Shown: in pieces, positions 8,851 to 18,144 of the stretch
How the letters are laid out: each line of letters opens with the position of its first letter
Numbering within the stretch: position 1 is the stretch's first letter
Assembly (NCBI RefSeq): GCF_965215205.1
Contig: NZ_OZ244049.1
Location: 2,436,955-2,500,954, forward strand
Length of the DNA: 64,000 bases
From: Ilumatobacter sp.
GTDB lineage: Bacteria; Actinomycetota; Acidimicrobiia; Acidimicrobiales; Ilumatobacteraceae
Direction: 5' to 3'
Position numbers and translations under genes: made by a program
The notes under the pieces: model-generated
The model's input: the letters and a program-made list of their open reading frames with translations, nothing else
Told to the model about the DNA's origin: nothing
Database searches by the model: none

Positions 8851-10641
8851 ATGAGCGGTACGACGAGCAACCAGCGGCTGAAGGACTGGGTCAAGGAGTG
8901 GGCCAGCGTCATGCAGCCGGCCGACATCTACTGGTGCGACGGGAGCGCCGAGGAGTACGAGCGCCTGGCGCAGGAGCTGGTCGACGCCGGCACGTTCACC
9001 AAGTTGGACGAGGCGAAGCGCCCGAACAGCTACTGGGCGCACTCCGATCCCGGTGACGTGGCCCGGGTCGAGGACCGCACCTTCATCTGCTCGACGGAGG
9101 AGTCCGACGCCGGACCGAACAACAACTGGCGCGACCCCTCGGAGATGCGCGCCGAGATGCGCCGCTTGTACAGCGGTTCGATGAAGGGCCGCACGATGTA
9201 CGTCGTCCCGTTCTCGATGGGACCGCTCGGCTCCGACATCGCGCACATCGGCGTGCAGCTGACGGACTCGGCCTACGTCGCGACGAACATGCGGATCATG
9301 ACCCGGATGGGCCAGGGCGCCCTCGACGTGCTCGGCGACGACGGCGAGTGGGTGCCCTGCCTGCACTCCGTCGGCGCCCCGCTCGACGAGGGAGACACCG
9401 ACGTGCCGTGGCCCTGCGACGCCGACAACAAGTACATCGTCCACTTCCCCGAGACGCGCGAGATCATGTCCTACGGGTCCGGCTACGGCGGCAACGCCCT
9501 GCTCGGCAAGAAGTGCTTCGCGCTGCGCATCGCCTCGGTGATGGCCCGCGACGACGGGTGGCTGGCCGAGCACATGCTCATCTTGAAGCTGACGAACCCC
9601 GACGGCGAATCGAAGTACATCGCCGGCGCGTTCCCCTCGGCGTGCGGCAAGACGAACCTCGCGATGCTCGTGCCGACCATCCCCGGCTGGACCGCCGAGA
9701 CCATCGGCGACGACATCTGCTGGATGAAGTTCGGCGAGGACGGCCAGCTGCGGGCGATCAACCCCGAGGCCGGCTTCTTCGGTGTCGCTCCCGGCACGAG
9801 CCACGAGACGAACCACAACGCGATGGAAACGCTCTGGGGCAACTGCATCTTCACCAACACCGCGCTCACCGACGACGGCGACGTGTGGTGGGAGGAGATG
9901 ACCGAGGACCCGCCGGCACGCGCGACCGACTGGAAGGGGAACCCCTGGAACCCCGAGCACGACACCCCCGCAGCGCACCCCAACGCCCGCTTCACCGCCC
10001 CGGCCGACCAGTGCCCCTCGGCGGCCGACGAGTGGGAGGACCCACGGGGCGTGCCGATCTCGGCGATCCTCTTCGGTGGTCGTCGTCGCACGACCGTGCC
10101 GCTGGTCACCGAGGCCGACGACTGGGAGCACGGCGTGTTCCTCGGCTCGATCATGGCGTCGGAGAAGACCGCGGCGGCCGAGGGGGTCCAGGGCGAGCTG
10201 CGCTTCGACCCGATGGCGATGCTGCCGTTCTGCGGCTACAACTACGGCGACTACTTCGCCCACTGGCTCTCGATGACGGATCGCACCGAGGAGGCCAAGC
10301 TCCCGAAGATCTTCTTCGTCAACTGGTTCCGGCGTGACGACGAAGGCCGCTTCCTGTGGCCGGGGTTCGGCGAGAACAGCCGGGTGCTCAAGTGGGTGTT
10401 CGAGCGCTGCGACGGCACCGCCGAGGCCGTCGACACCCCGATCGGCAAGCTGCCGAAGGACGGCGCCCTCGACCTCGACGGCCTCGACATCGACGCCGAC
10501 GACCTCGACGCCATCCTGTCGGTCGATACCGAGGGATGGAAGCAGGCGGTCCCCCAGATCCGCGACCACTTCGCCCGGTTCGGGGATCGCCTCCCCGACC
10601 AGCTCAACCGCAACCTCGACGAGCTCAAAGCCGCTCTCTGA
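8851..10641 (+). CDS. pckG: Phosphoenolpyruvate carboxykinase (GTP)
   Basis: [65 protein letters not shown]; GAGGAG RBS. Confidence 0.97.
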   Translation: MSGTTSNQRLKDWVKEWASVMQPADIYWCDGSAEEYERLAQELVDAGTFTKLDEAKRPNSYWAHSDPGDVARVEDRTFICSTEESDAGPNNNWRDPSEMRAEMRRLYSGSMKGRTMYVVPFSMGPLGSDIAHIGVQLTDSAYVATNMRIMTRMGQGALDVLGDDGEWVPCLHSVGAPLDEGDTDVPWPCDADNKYIVHFPETREIMSYGSGYGGNALLGKKCFALRIASVMARDDGWLAEHMLILKLTNPDGESKYIAGAFPSACGKTNLAMLVPTIPGWTAETIGDDICWMKFGEDGQLRAINPEAGFFGVAPGTSHETNHNAMETLWGNCIFTNTALTDDGDVWWEEMTEDPPARATDWKGNPWNPEHDTPAAHPNARFTAPADQCPSAADEWEDPRGVPISAILFGGRRRTTVPLVTEADDWEHGVFLGSIMASEKTAAAEGVQGELRFDPMAMLPFCGYNYGDYFAHWLSMTDRTEEAKLPKIFFVNWFRRDDEGRFLWPGFGENSRVLKWVFERCDGTAEAVDTPIGKLPKDGALDLDGLDIDADDLDAILSVDTEGWKQAVPQIRDHFARFGDRLPDQLNRNLDELKAAL

Positions 10642-10654
10642 CGCGCCGTCGGGA

Positions 10655-10690
10655 CGCATCGCCCCGGGGACGAGCCCCGGCGGCGATGCG
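10655..10690. terminator. GC-rich hairpin between convergent pckG and rpmA
   Basis: gcatcgcc-ccgggg-acgag-ccccgg-c-ggcgatgc. Confidence 0.55.
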
Positions 10691-10746
10691 CCCCGGCGAG
10701 GTGCGAGCCGAGGCGGGTGCGACCCGCTCGCCCGCCCTCACGACGA

Positions 10747-10778
10747 CGAACGCCCCGACCGTTCGGTCGGGGCGTTCG
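10747..10778. terminator. Perfect 14-bp hairpin between convergent pckG and rpmA
   Basis: cgaacgccccgacc-gttc-ggtcggggcgttcg. Confidence 0.65.
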
Positions 10779-10818
10779 CAGATCGTGGGAGCCGGCCCGG
10801 ACGGGGGCGGCGGGTGCG

Positions 10819-11082
10819 TCAGGCGTCGACGTCGGCCGTCAGGATGTCGACGACCTTGCGGCCCTTGCGGGAGCCGAACTTGACCGCGCCGTTCGCCGTG
10901 GCGAACAGGGTGTCGTCCTTGCCGATCTTGACGTTGTGGCCCGGGTGGAACCGGGTGCCGCGCTGGCGGACGATGATCGATCCGGCGTGGATCTGCTCAC
11001 CGTCGAAGGCCTTCACGCCGAGGCGCTGGGCGTTGGAGTCGCGGCCGTTGCGGGTGGAACCGCCGCCCTTGGTCTTGGACAT
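10819..11082 (-). CDS. rpmA: 50S ribosomal protein L27
   Basis: [37 protein letters not shown]. Confidence 0.98.
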   Translation of the reverse strand: MSKTKGGGSTRNGRDSNAQRLGVKAFDGEQIHAGSIIVRQRGTRFHPGHNVKIGKDDTLFATANGAVKFGSRKGRKVVDILTADVDA

Positions 11083-11097
11083 GTCGTGCCTCCTGGC

Positions 11098-11409
11098 TCA
11101 GCTCGTCGCGATCGAGGTGATCTCGACCATGTGGTACTTCTGGCGATGGCCGTACCGACGGCTCTCGTTGCGTGAGTTCTTGTAGGTGAACCCGTTGATC
11201 TTCGGGCCCGTGGTGCGACCGACGATGCGGCCCGTCACCGAGGCTCCGGACAGCTCGTCGGGAGTGGACAGCACCGTGTCGCCGTCGACGACCATCACGG
11301 GGCGCAGCGACACGTCGCTGCCCTCGTCGCCGTCGAGCAGCTCGACACGGACCTGTTCTCCCTCGGCGACCTTTTCCTGCTTGCCGCCCGAAGCGATGAT
11401 TGCGTACAT
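11098..11409 (-). CDS. rplU: 50S ribosomal protein L21
   Basis: MYAIIASGGKQEKV...RRYGHRQKYHMVEITSI; directly upstream of rpmA. Confidence 0.97.
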   Translation of the reverse strand: MYAIIASGGKQEKVAEGEQVRVELLDGDEGSDVSLRPVMVVDGDTVLSTPDELSGASVTGRIVGRTTGPKINGFTYKNSRNESRRYGHRQKYHMVEITSIATS

Positions 11410-11423
11410 AGCGACTCGCGATG

Positions 11424-11726
11424 CTAGCGGCAGCACTCGTCGGCCCCACCGACCGGTGAGAACTCGACCTTCAGCTTCTTGGACAGCCGCCCGGACGCGA
11501 CGATCCGCATCGCCTCGGCCATCCCCACGAGCTGGGGCGCGACCAGGATCCGGAAGCGCTCGTGGCGGAGCGTGCGGTACGGGGCGAGGTTCTTCCCGCT
11601 GACGTTGGTGTCGACCGACACCTCGGCGACCTTGCCTCAACCGGTGGGACGGATGAAGTCGATCGACATCGTGCCACCCCGCCGCTCGAGCAGGGCGGCG
11701 GCGTCGGGTGTCAGCTCCAGGCGCAT
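11424..11726 (-). CDS. Candidate HesB/IscA-like selenoprotein (100 aa, in-frame TGA at codon 30)
   Basis: MRLELTPDAAALLERRGGTMSIDFIRPTG-TGA-GKVAEVSVDT...RFRILVAPQL...DECCR; the frame continues 70 codons past the TGA (11637-11639); SECIS-like hairpin downstream; TAGGAT 7 nt before the ATG. Confidence 0.72.
11607..11622 (-). promoter_or_regulatory. Candidate bacterial SECIS apical hairpin
   Basis: GGTGTC-GGTC-GACACC: 6-bp perfect stem, 4-nt loop starting with G, loop begins 21 nt after the TGA. Confidence 0.6.
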
Positions 11727-11989
11727 GCCACGGATCCTAGGACCGCCGCACCGCCGCGCCCTGTCGCGGACGGGGTCGGCGCCCCGGAGCTCGCAGCGGG
11801 CCGCGCTGCCACGGGCCGCGGATGGCGACCGAGCAGCCCGACGACGACCGCACGTCGGCGAACAGGGTGTCGCCGTCGTGGCTGGAGGTCGCGCCGGCGA
11901 ACCCCCTGGCTGACCCGGCTCGGATCGGCGAAGCGCGGAGCGGGTCTCGACCGGGTCCGCGACGGCTCAGCTCGGCGCGTCGGCGCGGG

Positions 11990-13903
11990 TCACTCGAGCA
12001 TCCCGTAGTCGACGATCACCCCGCGCCCGTCGCAGTCGGGGCAGATCTCGCTGTACTCGGTCAGCAGGCCCTCGCCGATGCGCTTGCGCGTCATCTCGAC
12101 GAGACCGAGCTCGCCGATGTCGAACACCTGGGACCGGGTCTTGTCCCGGGCGAGCGCGTCGCGCAGCACGGCGACGACCTTGGCGCGGTTGTCCTTGATC
12201 TCCATGTCGATGAAGTCGATGACGATGATCCCGCCGATGTCGCGCAGCCGGAGCTGCTTCGCGACCTCCTCCGCGGCTTCCATGTTGTTGTGGAACACCG
12301 TCTCCTCGAGGTTCGACTTGCCGACGTTCTTGCCCGTGTTGACGTCGATGACGGTCAGCGCCTCGGTGTGCTCGATGATCAGCGACCCTCCCGACGGAAG
12401 CCAGACCTTGCGGTCGAGGGCCTTGTGCACCTGCTCGTGGACGTGGAAGCGCTCGAACACCGAGAGGCCCTCGGCGTCGGTGTCGTAGCGCTCGATGCGG
12501 TCGGCGAGCTCGGGGTTGAACGCCTGCACGTAGTCACGGACCTCGGCGTGGAGCTCGGCGTCGTCGATCATCACCCCGCGGTAGTCCGCGCTGAACTCCT
12601 CGCGGATCACGCGCACGGCCAGCTCGGGCTCGCGCGACAGCAGGGTCGGGCGCTGCGCCTTCGCGGCCTTGCGCTCCACGTCGGCCCACTGCGCGAGGAG
12701 GACCCTCATGTCGGCGACGAGCTCGTCCTCGGTCGCGTGCTCGGCGGCGGTGCGCACGATCAGGCCGTGCTCGGCGGGCTTGACCCGGTCGAGGATGCCG
12801 CGCAGGCGCTTGCGGACGTCGTCGGGCAGGCGCTTGGAGATGCCGTACGTCTTGGAGTTCGGGATGAGCACGACGAAGCGGCCGGGCAGCGAGATCTCCT
12901 GGGTGAGGCGAGCGCCCTTGTGCGCGATCGGGTTCTTGGTGACCTGGCAGAGGATCATCTGCTTGTTCTTCAAGATGTCCTCGATGCGCGGGTTCTTGCC
13001 CTTCACCTCGATGTCGCCCGGGTCGTACTGGACGTCGCTGCGGTAGAGCACGGCGTTCTTCGGGGTGGTGATGTCGACGAAGGCCGCCTCCATGCCGGGC
13101 AGCACGTTCTGCACCTTGCCGAGGTAGATGTTCCCGTGGATCTGCGCGACGTCGTCGGCCGGTCGGCTGACGTAGTGCTCGATCAGGTTGCGTCCCTCCA
13201 GCACCGCCACCTGAGCCATCCCCGGTCGGACCTGGACGCACATGAAGTAGCGCCCGATCGGCTTGCCGTTGCGCTCGCGGCCCTTGCGCTGCTCGATCAG
13301 GTCGTCGTCGCGGATGTCGCGCTCACGTCCCTTGCCGCGCCCCCGTCGGCGGCCGTCGCCCTCGCCGCGGCGACCCGAGCCGCGCCCCTTCGAGCGCGCG
13401 CCGGTCGGTTCCGTCGCCGAGCCGGCGGACCCCTTCGATCCCTTCGACGCGGTCCGCGCCGCGTCGCCGGCCGCCTCGCCGCCGTCGTCGACCCCGCGGC
13501 CGCCGCCTCGCTTGCCCTTGCCCCCACGTCGGCGACGCTTCCCGCCTCCGCCGCCGCCGTCGTCACGGTCGTCGGCCTCGTCGCCTCGCGGTCTCGCCGG
13601 CCCGGGAGGCGGCGACGACGGCATCGGCATCGTGTCGCCGATGCGCGGCTTGCGCACGAGCGCCTTCTCGGCGGCGGCAGCCGACGGGCGGCCCTCGGAG
13701 ATCTTCTCGGGGAGCTCGACGTCGTTGCGGTCGTCGCCGCCGACGGGCCCCTCCGAGCCGCTGCGCGATCGGCGAGCCTCAGCCGTGCCGCTCCCGCCCT
13801 CTCGCCGCGGGGGTGCCGAGCGCGACCCGCCCGACGAGGACGAGCCCCCCGGATCGGAGTCGGATCGCGTCGCCACCTCGGAGGCGGGTTGGTCGTCGTT
13901 CAT
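11990..13903 (-). CDS. rne: Rne/Rng family ribonuclease with long disordered N-terminus
   Basis: GNIYLGKVQNVLPGMEAAFVDI, TEALTVIDVNTG, QLRLRDIGGIIVIDFIDM, CPDCDGRG. Confidence 0.93.
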   Translation of the reverse strand: MNDDQPASEVATRSDSDPGGSSSSGGSRSAPPRREGGSGTAEARRSRSGSEGPVGGDDRNDVELPEKISEGRPSAAAAEKALVRKPRIGDTMPMPSSPPPGPARPRGDEADDRDDGGGGGGKRRRRGGKGKRGGGRGVDDGGEAAGDAARTASKGSKGSAGSATEPTGARSKGRGSGRRGEGDGRRRGRGKGRERDIRDDDLIEQRKGRERNGKPIGRYFMCVQVRPGMAQVAVLEGRNLIEHYVSRPADDVAQIHGNIYLGKVQNVLPGMEAAFVDITTPKNAVLYRSDVQYDPGDIEVKGKNPRIEDILKNKQMILCQVTKNPIAHKGARLTQEISLPGRFVVLIPNSKTYGISKRLPDDVRKRLRGILDRVKPAEHGLIVRTAAEHATEDELVADMRVLLAQWADVERKAAKAQRPTLLSREPELAVRVIREEFSADYRGVMIDDAELHAEVRDYVQAFNPELADRIERYDTDAEGLSVFERFHVHEQVHKALDRKVWLPSGGSLIIEHTEALTVIDVNTGKNVGKSNLEETVFHNNMEAAEEVAKQLRLRDIGGIIVIDFIDMEIKDNRAKVVAVLRDALARDKTRSQVFDIGELGLVEMTRKRIGEGLLTEYSEICPDCDGRGVIVDYGMLE

Positions 13904-14156
13904 GTCGGATGGGTCCCTTCTCGCGGAGGCGCGGGCAGGCGCGGCGCTCCGGCGGCGTCGCCGGGTCGGCGGACGACCGGGTGACGACTGACGTGTGAGG
14001 ACCGCCGCATCGGGTGATGGGGCGGATCGAACGTGTGGACAGCGGTGACCGACTCGGCGTCGAGAGATCAGGGAGTCGGGGTGTCGCGCTCACGTGAGCA
14101 CCGAGTGTACGGGCCGTCCGACGGGGCGTGACGGACCGGCCCCGGGCGGGGGCGGC

Positions 14157-15317
14157 TCACCGCATCCGACGCATGTGCACCGACTGCACCAGACCGAACA
14201 TCGCGAAGTAGACGATCAAGCCCGACCCCCCGTAGCTGATGAACGGCAGCGGGAGCCCGGTGACCGGCATGATCTTCAGCGTCATCCCCACGTTCTGGAA
14301 CGTCTGCCACAGCAGCATCACGAACACCCCCGCGCACACGTAGGTGCCGAGCAGGTCGCGCGACAGGTGCGCGATGCGCCAGATCCGCACCAGGCACACC
14401 CCCACGAGAGCCAGCACCAGAGCGCACCCGACGAGACCGAACTGCTCCCCCACCCCGGCGAACGGGAAGTCCGCGAACATCACCGGGATGTTCCCGTCGT
14501 TCGTCAGCGGTCCCTGCAACCACCCCTTGCCCCAGATCCCGCCCGTGCCGAGCGCGCGCATCGCGTTGTCCGCCTGGTAGGTGTCGTCCGGGCTCGCCGC
14601 TCCCGGGTCGATCAGCACCCTGATCCGGGTGATCTGGTACGTGTTCACGAGGCGCCCGAAGAACGCGGCGGCGATCGTGGCGACCGACAGGAACGAGATC
14701 GCCAGGATGTAGCGCGCCTTCGCGCCGGCGACGAGCAGCACCCCCATCGCGATCGACACGATGACCGAACCGGATCCGAGGTCGGGCTGCACGATGATCA
14801 GCACCCCCGGCACGCCGACGATCATCAACCCGCCGAGGAAGCGCGCGTACGACACCTCGTCGCTGCGCTCCTCGGCGAGGAACGCCGCGAGCATCAGCAG
14901 GGTCGTGAACTTGGCCAGCTCGGCCGGTTGCACGTTGATCGGGCCGAGGTCGAAGAACAGGTCGTTGCCCCCGCCGAGGCGCGCGAACAGCAGCAGCACG
15001 ACCAGGGAGGCGATCGTCAGGGTGTAGAGCGAGCGGGCGCGGTCCTTCCAGAACTCGTAGTCCGCGCTCATCACGACGATCATCACGACCGCCGCGACGA
15101 TCGCGAAGATCACCTGGCGGTTGACGTAGAAGAACTCGTCGGAGAACCGGTCGATCGCCGGCGTGCGCGAGGTCGAGAACACGACGAAGAACCCGATGAC
15201 GGTGAGCATCAGCTGGGCCGACATCAGCACCCAGTCGATGTTGCGGGTCGGGTCGGCCGGACTCGCCTTGATGTTGCCCAGACCCGAGTCCGGCTTGCGC
15301 GAGAGGAAGCTCGTCAC
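14157..15317 (-). CDS. rodA: Rod shape-determining SEDS protein RodA
   Basis: VQPAELAK, QPDLGS, GWLQG, DFPFAGVGEQFG, MPVTGLPLPFISYGGS. Confidence 0.94.
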   Translation of the reverse strand: MTSFLSRKPDSGLGNIKASPADPTRNIDWVLMSAQLMLTVIGFFVVFSTSRTPAIDRFSDEFFYVNRQVIFAIVAAVVMIVVMSADYEFWKDRARSLYTLTIASLVVLLLFARLGGGNDLFFDLGPINVQPAELAKFTTLLMLAAFLAEERSDEVSYARFLGGLMIVGVPGVLIIVQPDLGSGSVIVSIAMGVLLVAGAKARYILAISFLSVATIAAAFFGRLVNTYQITRIRVLIDPGAASPDDTYQADNAMRALGTGGIWGKGWLQGPLTNDGNIPVMFADFPFAGVGEQFGLVGCALVLALVGVCLVRIWRIAHLSRDLLGTYVCAGVFVMLLWQTFQNVGMTLKIMPVTGLPLPFISYGGSGLIVYFAMFGLVQSVHMRRMR

Positions 15318-15323
15318 GCCGCC

Positions 15324-17525
15324 TCAGTCCAGCGGGTCGAGGGACGGGGCGAACTCGCCCTCGTAGCACGACGTGTCGTCGAGGCGGTTCTCCGGTGCGG
15401 GCACGAGGTTCGTCGTGTCGAGCGGATCCGACAGCTCGACCGGGTCGGCCGGGGTGATGCCCGACAGCTGGAGGAACACGCACTTCACGACCGGCCCCGC
15501 CGCGGAGGCCCCGTAGCCGCTCTTCTCCAGGTACGCGGCGACGGTGAACGGTCGCTCGGGGTCCTTGCTGTACGCGGCGAACGCGGACGAGTCGTTCCAC
15601 GGGTAGTTCTCGAAACCCTGGGCGGTGCCCGTCTTGCCGGCGACCGGGATCGCCTCAGGGGGGTACCGACGGAACAGCTTCTCCCCGGTCGTCGAGTGGT
15701 ACTGGTCGCTGAACGTGCCCGGGCCGGTGACGACGCGCCGGAGGCCGTCGTCGATCTCGGTGTGGATCTCGCTCGACATCGGCACCTGGCGCACGACCTC
15801 GCCGGCCACGTTGGGCTCCTCGGCGAAGCGTGCCCGGGCGATGTCGGCGTACCCCGGCTCCACGGCGTCGGGGACCCCCGGCTCGTAGACGGCCCGGATG
15901 ATCTCCGGGCGGTACACGGTGCCCCGGTTCGCGATCGCGGCGTACCCGGTCGCGAGGTGGAGCGGGGACGCCGACAGCAGACCCTGGCCGATCGCGAGCT
16001 GGACGTTGTCGCCGGTGTAGTAGTCACGCCCCTCGTCCTCGGTGATCACCCCGAGCTGCGCGTAGCGCGCCTTGAGCTCACGATCGGGCACGGTCCCGTC
16101 GAACTCGAAGGGGAGATCGATGCCCGTGTCGGCGCCGAAGCCGAACAGGCGGACCTGGTCCTGCAGGACCGGACGGTTGTCGTTGCGGGTCATCAGCAGC
16201 TCGCCGATGCGGTAGAAGAAGGCGTCGCTCGAGACGGCGAGCGCGAGGGTCACGTCGACGGGGCCGTACACGCAGGGCTCCCCGAGGCGCGGGCACGTCG
16301 CGTTCTTGAACACGCAGCGCACCTGCTGGCACAGGTCGTCGGTGATCGACTCCATCCGGTAGGTGCCGGTGTCGTCGTAGGTCGACCCGGTGTCGAGCAG
16401 CCCGGTGCTCAGCGCGGCGTACGCGGTGAACGGCTTGAAGGTCGAGCCGAGGTTGTACCGACCCTGGATCGCGCGGTTGACCAGGATCGAGCGGTCGGGG
16501 TCGATCGGGGTGCCGTCGGGGTTCACGGACGGGAAGAGCTGCTCGAACCGACCGTCGCCGAGATCGGACTCGAACCACCGGTTGTCGAAGGTCGGGTAGC
16601 TCGCGAGAGCGACGATGTGGCCGTTGTCGTGGTTCTCGATCACGACCGCCCCGGCCGGCGCCTTGAACGGCACCTCGGGGCCCTGGGTCGGGTCGACACG
16701 CTGGTTCGACTCGGAATCGACCGGGTTCGGCGCGAGCTCGGTGCGCCGCAGCTCGAGCTGGGTCTCGAGCGCCTGCTCGGCGAACTGCTGCTGGTCGAGG
16801 TCGATGGTGAGCTGGATGTCGTTGCCGTTCACCGCCGGGATCCGCTCGACCTCGCGCACGATGCGGCCCGACTTGTCGACCTCGAACACGACGCGACCGG
16901 GGCGACCGTGCAGCTGGTCCTCCATCGACAGCTCGACGCCGAACTTGCCGACCCGCTCGATCAGCTCGTAGCCGCGGTCGAGGTACTCGTCCTTGGTCTC
17001 GGCGGTGATCCGACCCATGTAGCCCACGACGTGGCTCGCGAGCGGCGCGTACGGGTAGACCCGGCGGGCCTGCTCGATGATCTGCACCCCCGGGAGGTCC
17101 TCGACCCGCTCGAGGATCGCGGCCGCCGTCGGCTCGTCGACGTCCTCGGCGACCGGCATCGGCAGGAGGCGCTCGAACTCGCCGCTCCGGTAGCGCTCCT
17201 CCATCTCCTCGACGGGCACCCCGACCCACCCGGACACCCGCCGGAAGATCTCCGCCCGATCGTCGGAGGGGCGGATCAGCTCCCAGTCGATGGCGACCGT
17301 GAGCACCCGCTCGTTGTCGGCGAGGATGCGGCCGTCGGCGTCGAAGATCCGGCCACGCTCGGGGAGCAGCGGCACCGTCTGGCGCTTGATCTGCTCGACC
17401 TCCTCCTGGAGGGCCTCCTGCTCGATCGTCTGGATGAACCACAGCCGGGTCCCCACGAGGCCGAACAACATGGTCGCGACGAGGGCGAGGACGCCCAGGC
17501 GCGTGGCACGTTTGTCGAGAGCCAT
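15324..17525 (-). CDS. mrdA: Penicillin-binding protein 2 (class B transpeptidase)
   Basis: N-terminal TM helix, ERGRIFD, GSTFK (SxxK), SSD (SxN variant), AGKTGTAQ. Confidence 0.93.
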   Translation of the reverse strand: MALDKRATRLGVLALVATMLFGLVGTRLWFIQTIEQEALQEEVEQIKRQTVPLLPERGRIFDADGRILADNERVLTVAIDWELIRPSDDRAEIFRRVSGWVGVPVEEMEERYRSGEFERLLPMPVAEDVDEPTAAAILERVEDLPGVQIIEQARRVYPYAPLASHVVGYMGRITAETKDEYLDRGYELIERVGKFGVELSMEDQLHGRPGRVVFEVDKSGRIVREVERIPAVNGNDIQLTIDLDQQQFAEQALETQLELRRTELAPNPVDSESNQRVDPTQGPEVPFKAPAGAVVIENHDNGHIVALASYPTFDNRWFESDLGDGRFEQLFPSVNPDGTPIDPDRSILVNRAIQGRYNLGSTFKPFTAYAALSTGLLDTGSTYDDTGTYRMESITDDLCQQVRCVFKNATCPRLGEPCVYGPVDVTLALAVSSDAFFYRIGELLMTRNDNRPVLQDQVRLFGFGADTGIDLPFEFDGTVPDRELKARYAQLGVITEDEGRDYYTGDNVQLAIGQGLLSASPLHLATGYAAIANRGTVYRPEIIRAVYEPGVPDAVEPGYADIARARFAEEPNVAGEVVRQVPMSSEIHTEIDDGLRRVVTGPGTFSDQYHSTTGEKLFRRYPPEAIPVAGKTGTAQGFENYPWNDSSAFAAYSKDPERPFTVAAYLEKSGYGASAAGPVVKCVFLQLSGITPADPVELSDPLDTTNLVPAPENRLDDTSCYEGEFAPSLDPLD

Positions 17526-17585
17526 GAGGACCAGTGTGCCTGCGAACGCCGGGTCATCTGGTGCGCGGCGCGCAGAAGTCGGCGC

Positions 17586-18125
17586 TCAGCCCGGCTCCTC
17601 GGCCGCGGGCGCCGTCCAGGCCGGTCCCCGGATCTTGAGGCACCACCGGCTCACGGGCAGCAGGACCGGGCTCATCACGGCCGCCGCCGCCGCGACGACG
17701 ACGACGATGCGGACCATGTCGCTCGGCCACGGGTCGTCCTCGCCGATGAACAGCCGGACGGTGGGCAGCATCGCCTCGCCCGCGGCCGAGCCGAGCGCGA
17801 CGAACAGCGCCCTCAGCCACCACTGCGGGTCCGCGGCGATCAGGGCGAGCAGCCCCGACACGACACCGGCGACGGTGAACGCGATGGCCGTCGAACCGAG
17901 CGGGGTCCCCTCGACCAGGTCGAACATCGACCCGAGGACGAACCCGGCGACCGCGCCACGCTCGGAACCCCCGCTCGCGCCGGCGGCGGCGACGAGGGCC
18001 AGCACCACCTGGACGATCACCCCGCCGAGTCGGATCTCGGCGAACACGGTCCGCTGGAGGGCGAGCACGACCATCCCGACGGGGATCAACCGGACGAGCG
18101 AGCTCTGCAGGAACGCGGCGATCAT
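17586..18125 (-). CDS. mreD: Rod shape-determining protein MreD
   Basis: Multi-TM protein with GAVAGFVLGSMFDLV; lies between mreC and mrdA. Confidence 0.85.
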   Translation of the reverse strand: MIAAFLQSSLVRLIPVGMVVLALQRTVFAEIRLGGVIVQVVLALVAAAGASGGSERGAVAGFVLGSMFDLVEGTPLGSTAIAFTVAGVVSGLLALIAADPQWWLRALFVALGSAAGEAMLPTVRLFIGEDDPWPSDMVRIVVVVAAAAAVMSPVLLPVSRWCLKIRGPAWTAPAAEEPG

Positions 18126-18144
18126 CGCGTCGCGCGCCGGGCGC

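Noticed and set aside
13904-14156. 250-nt rne upstream region as an autoregulatory leader RNA
   Set aside because: GC-rich pairing is possible, but there is no distinctive motif; cannot be supported without comparative data.
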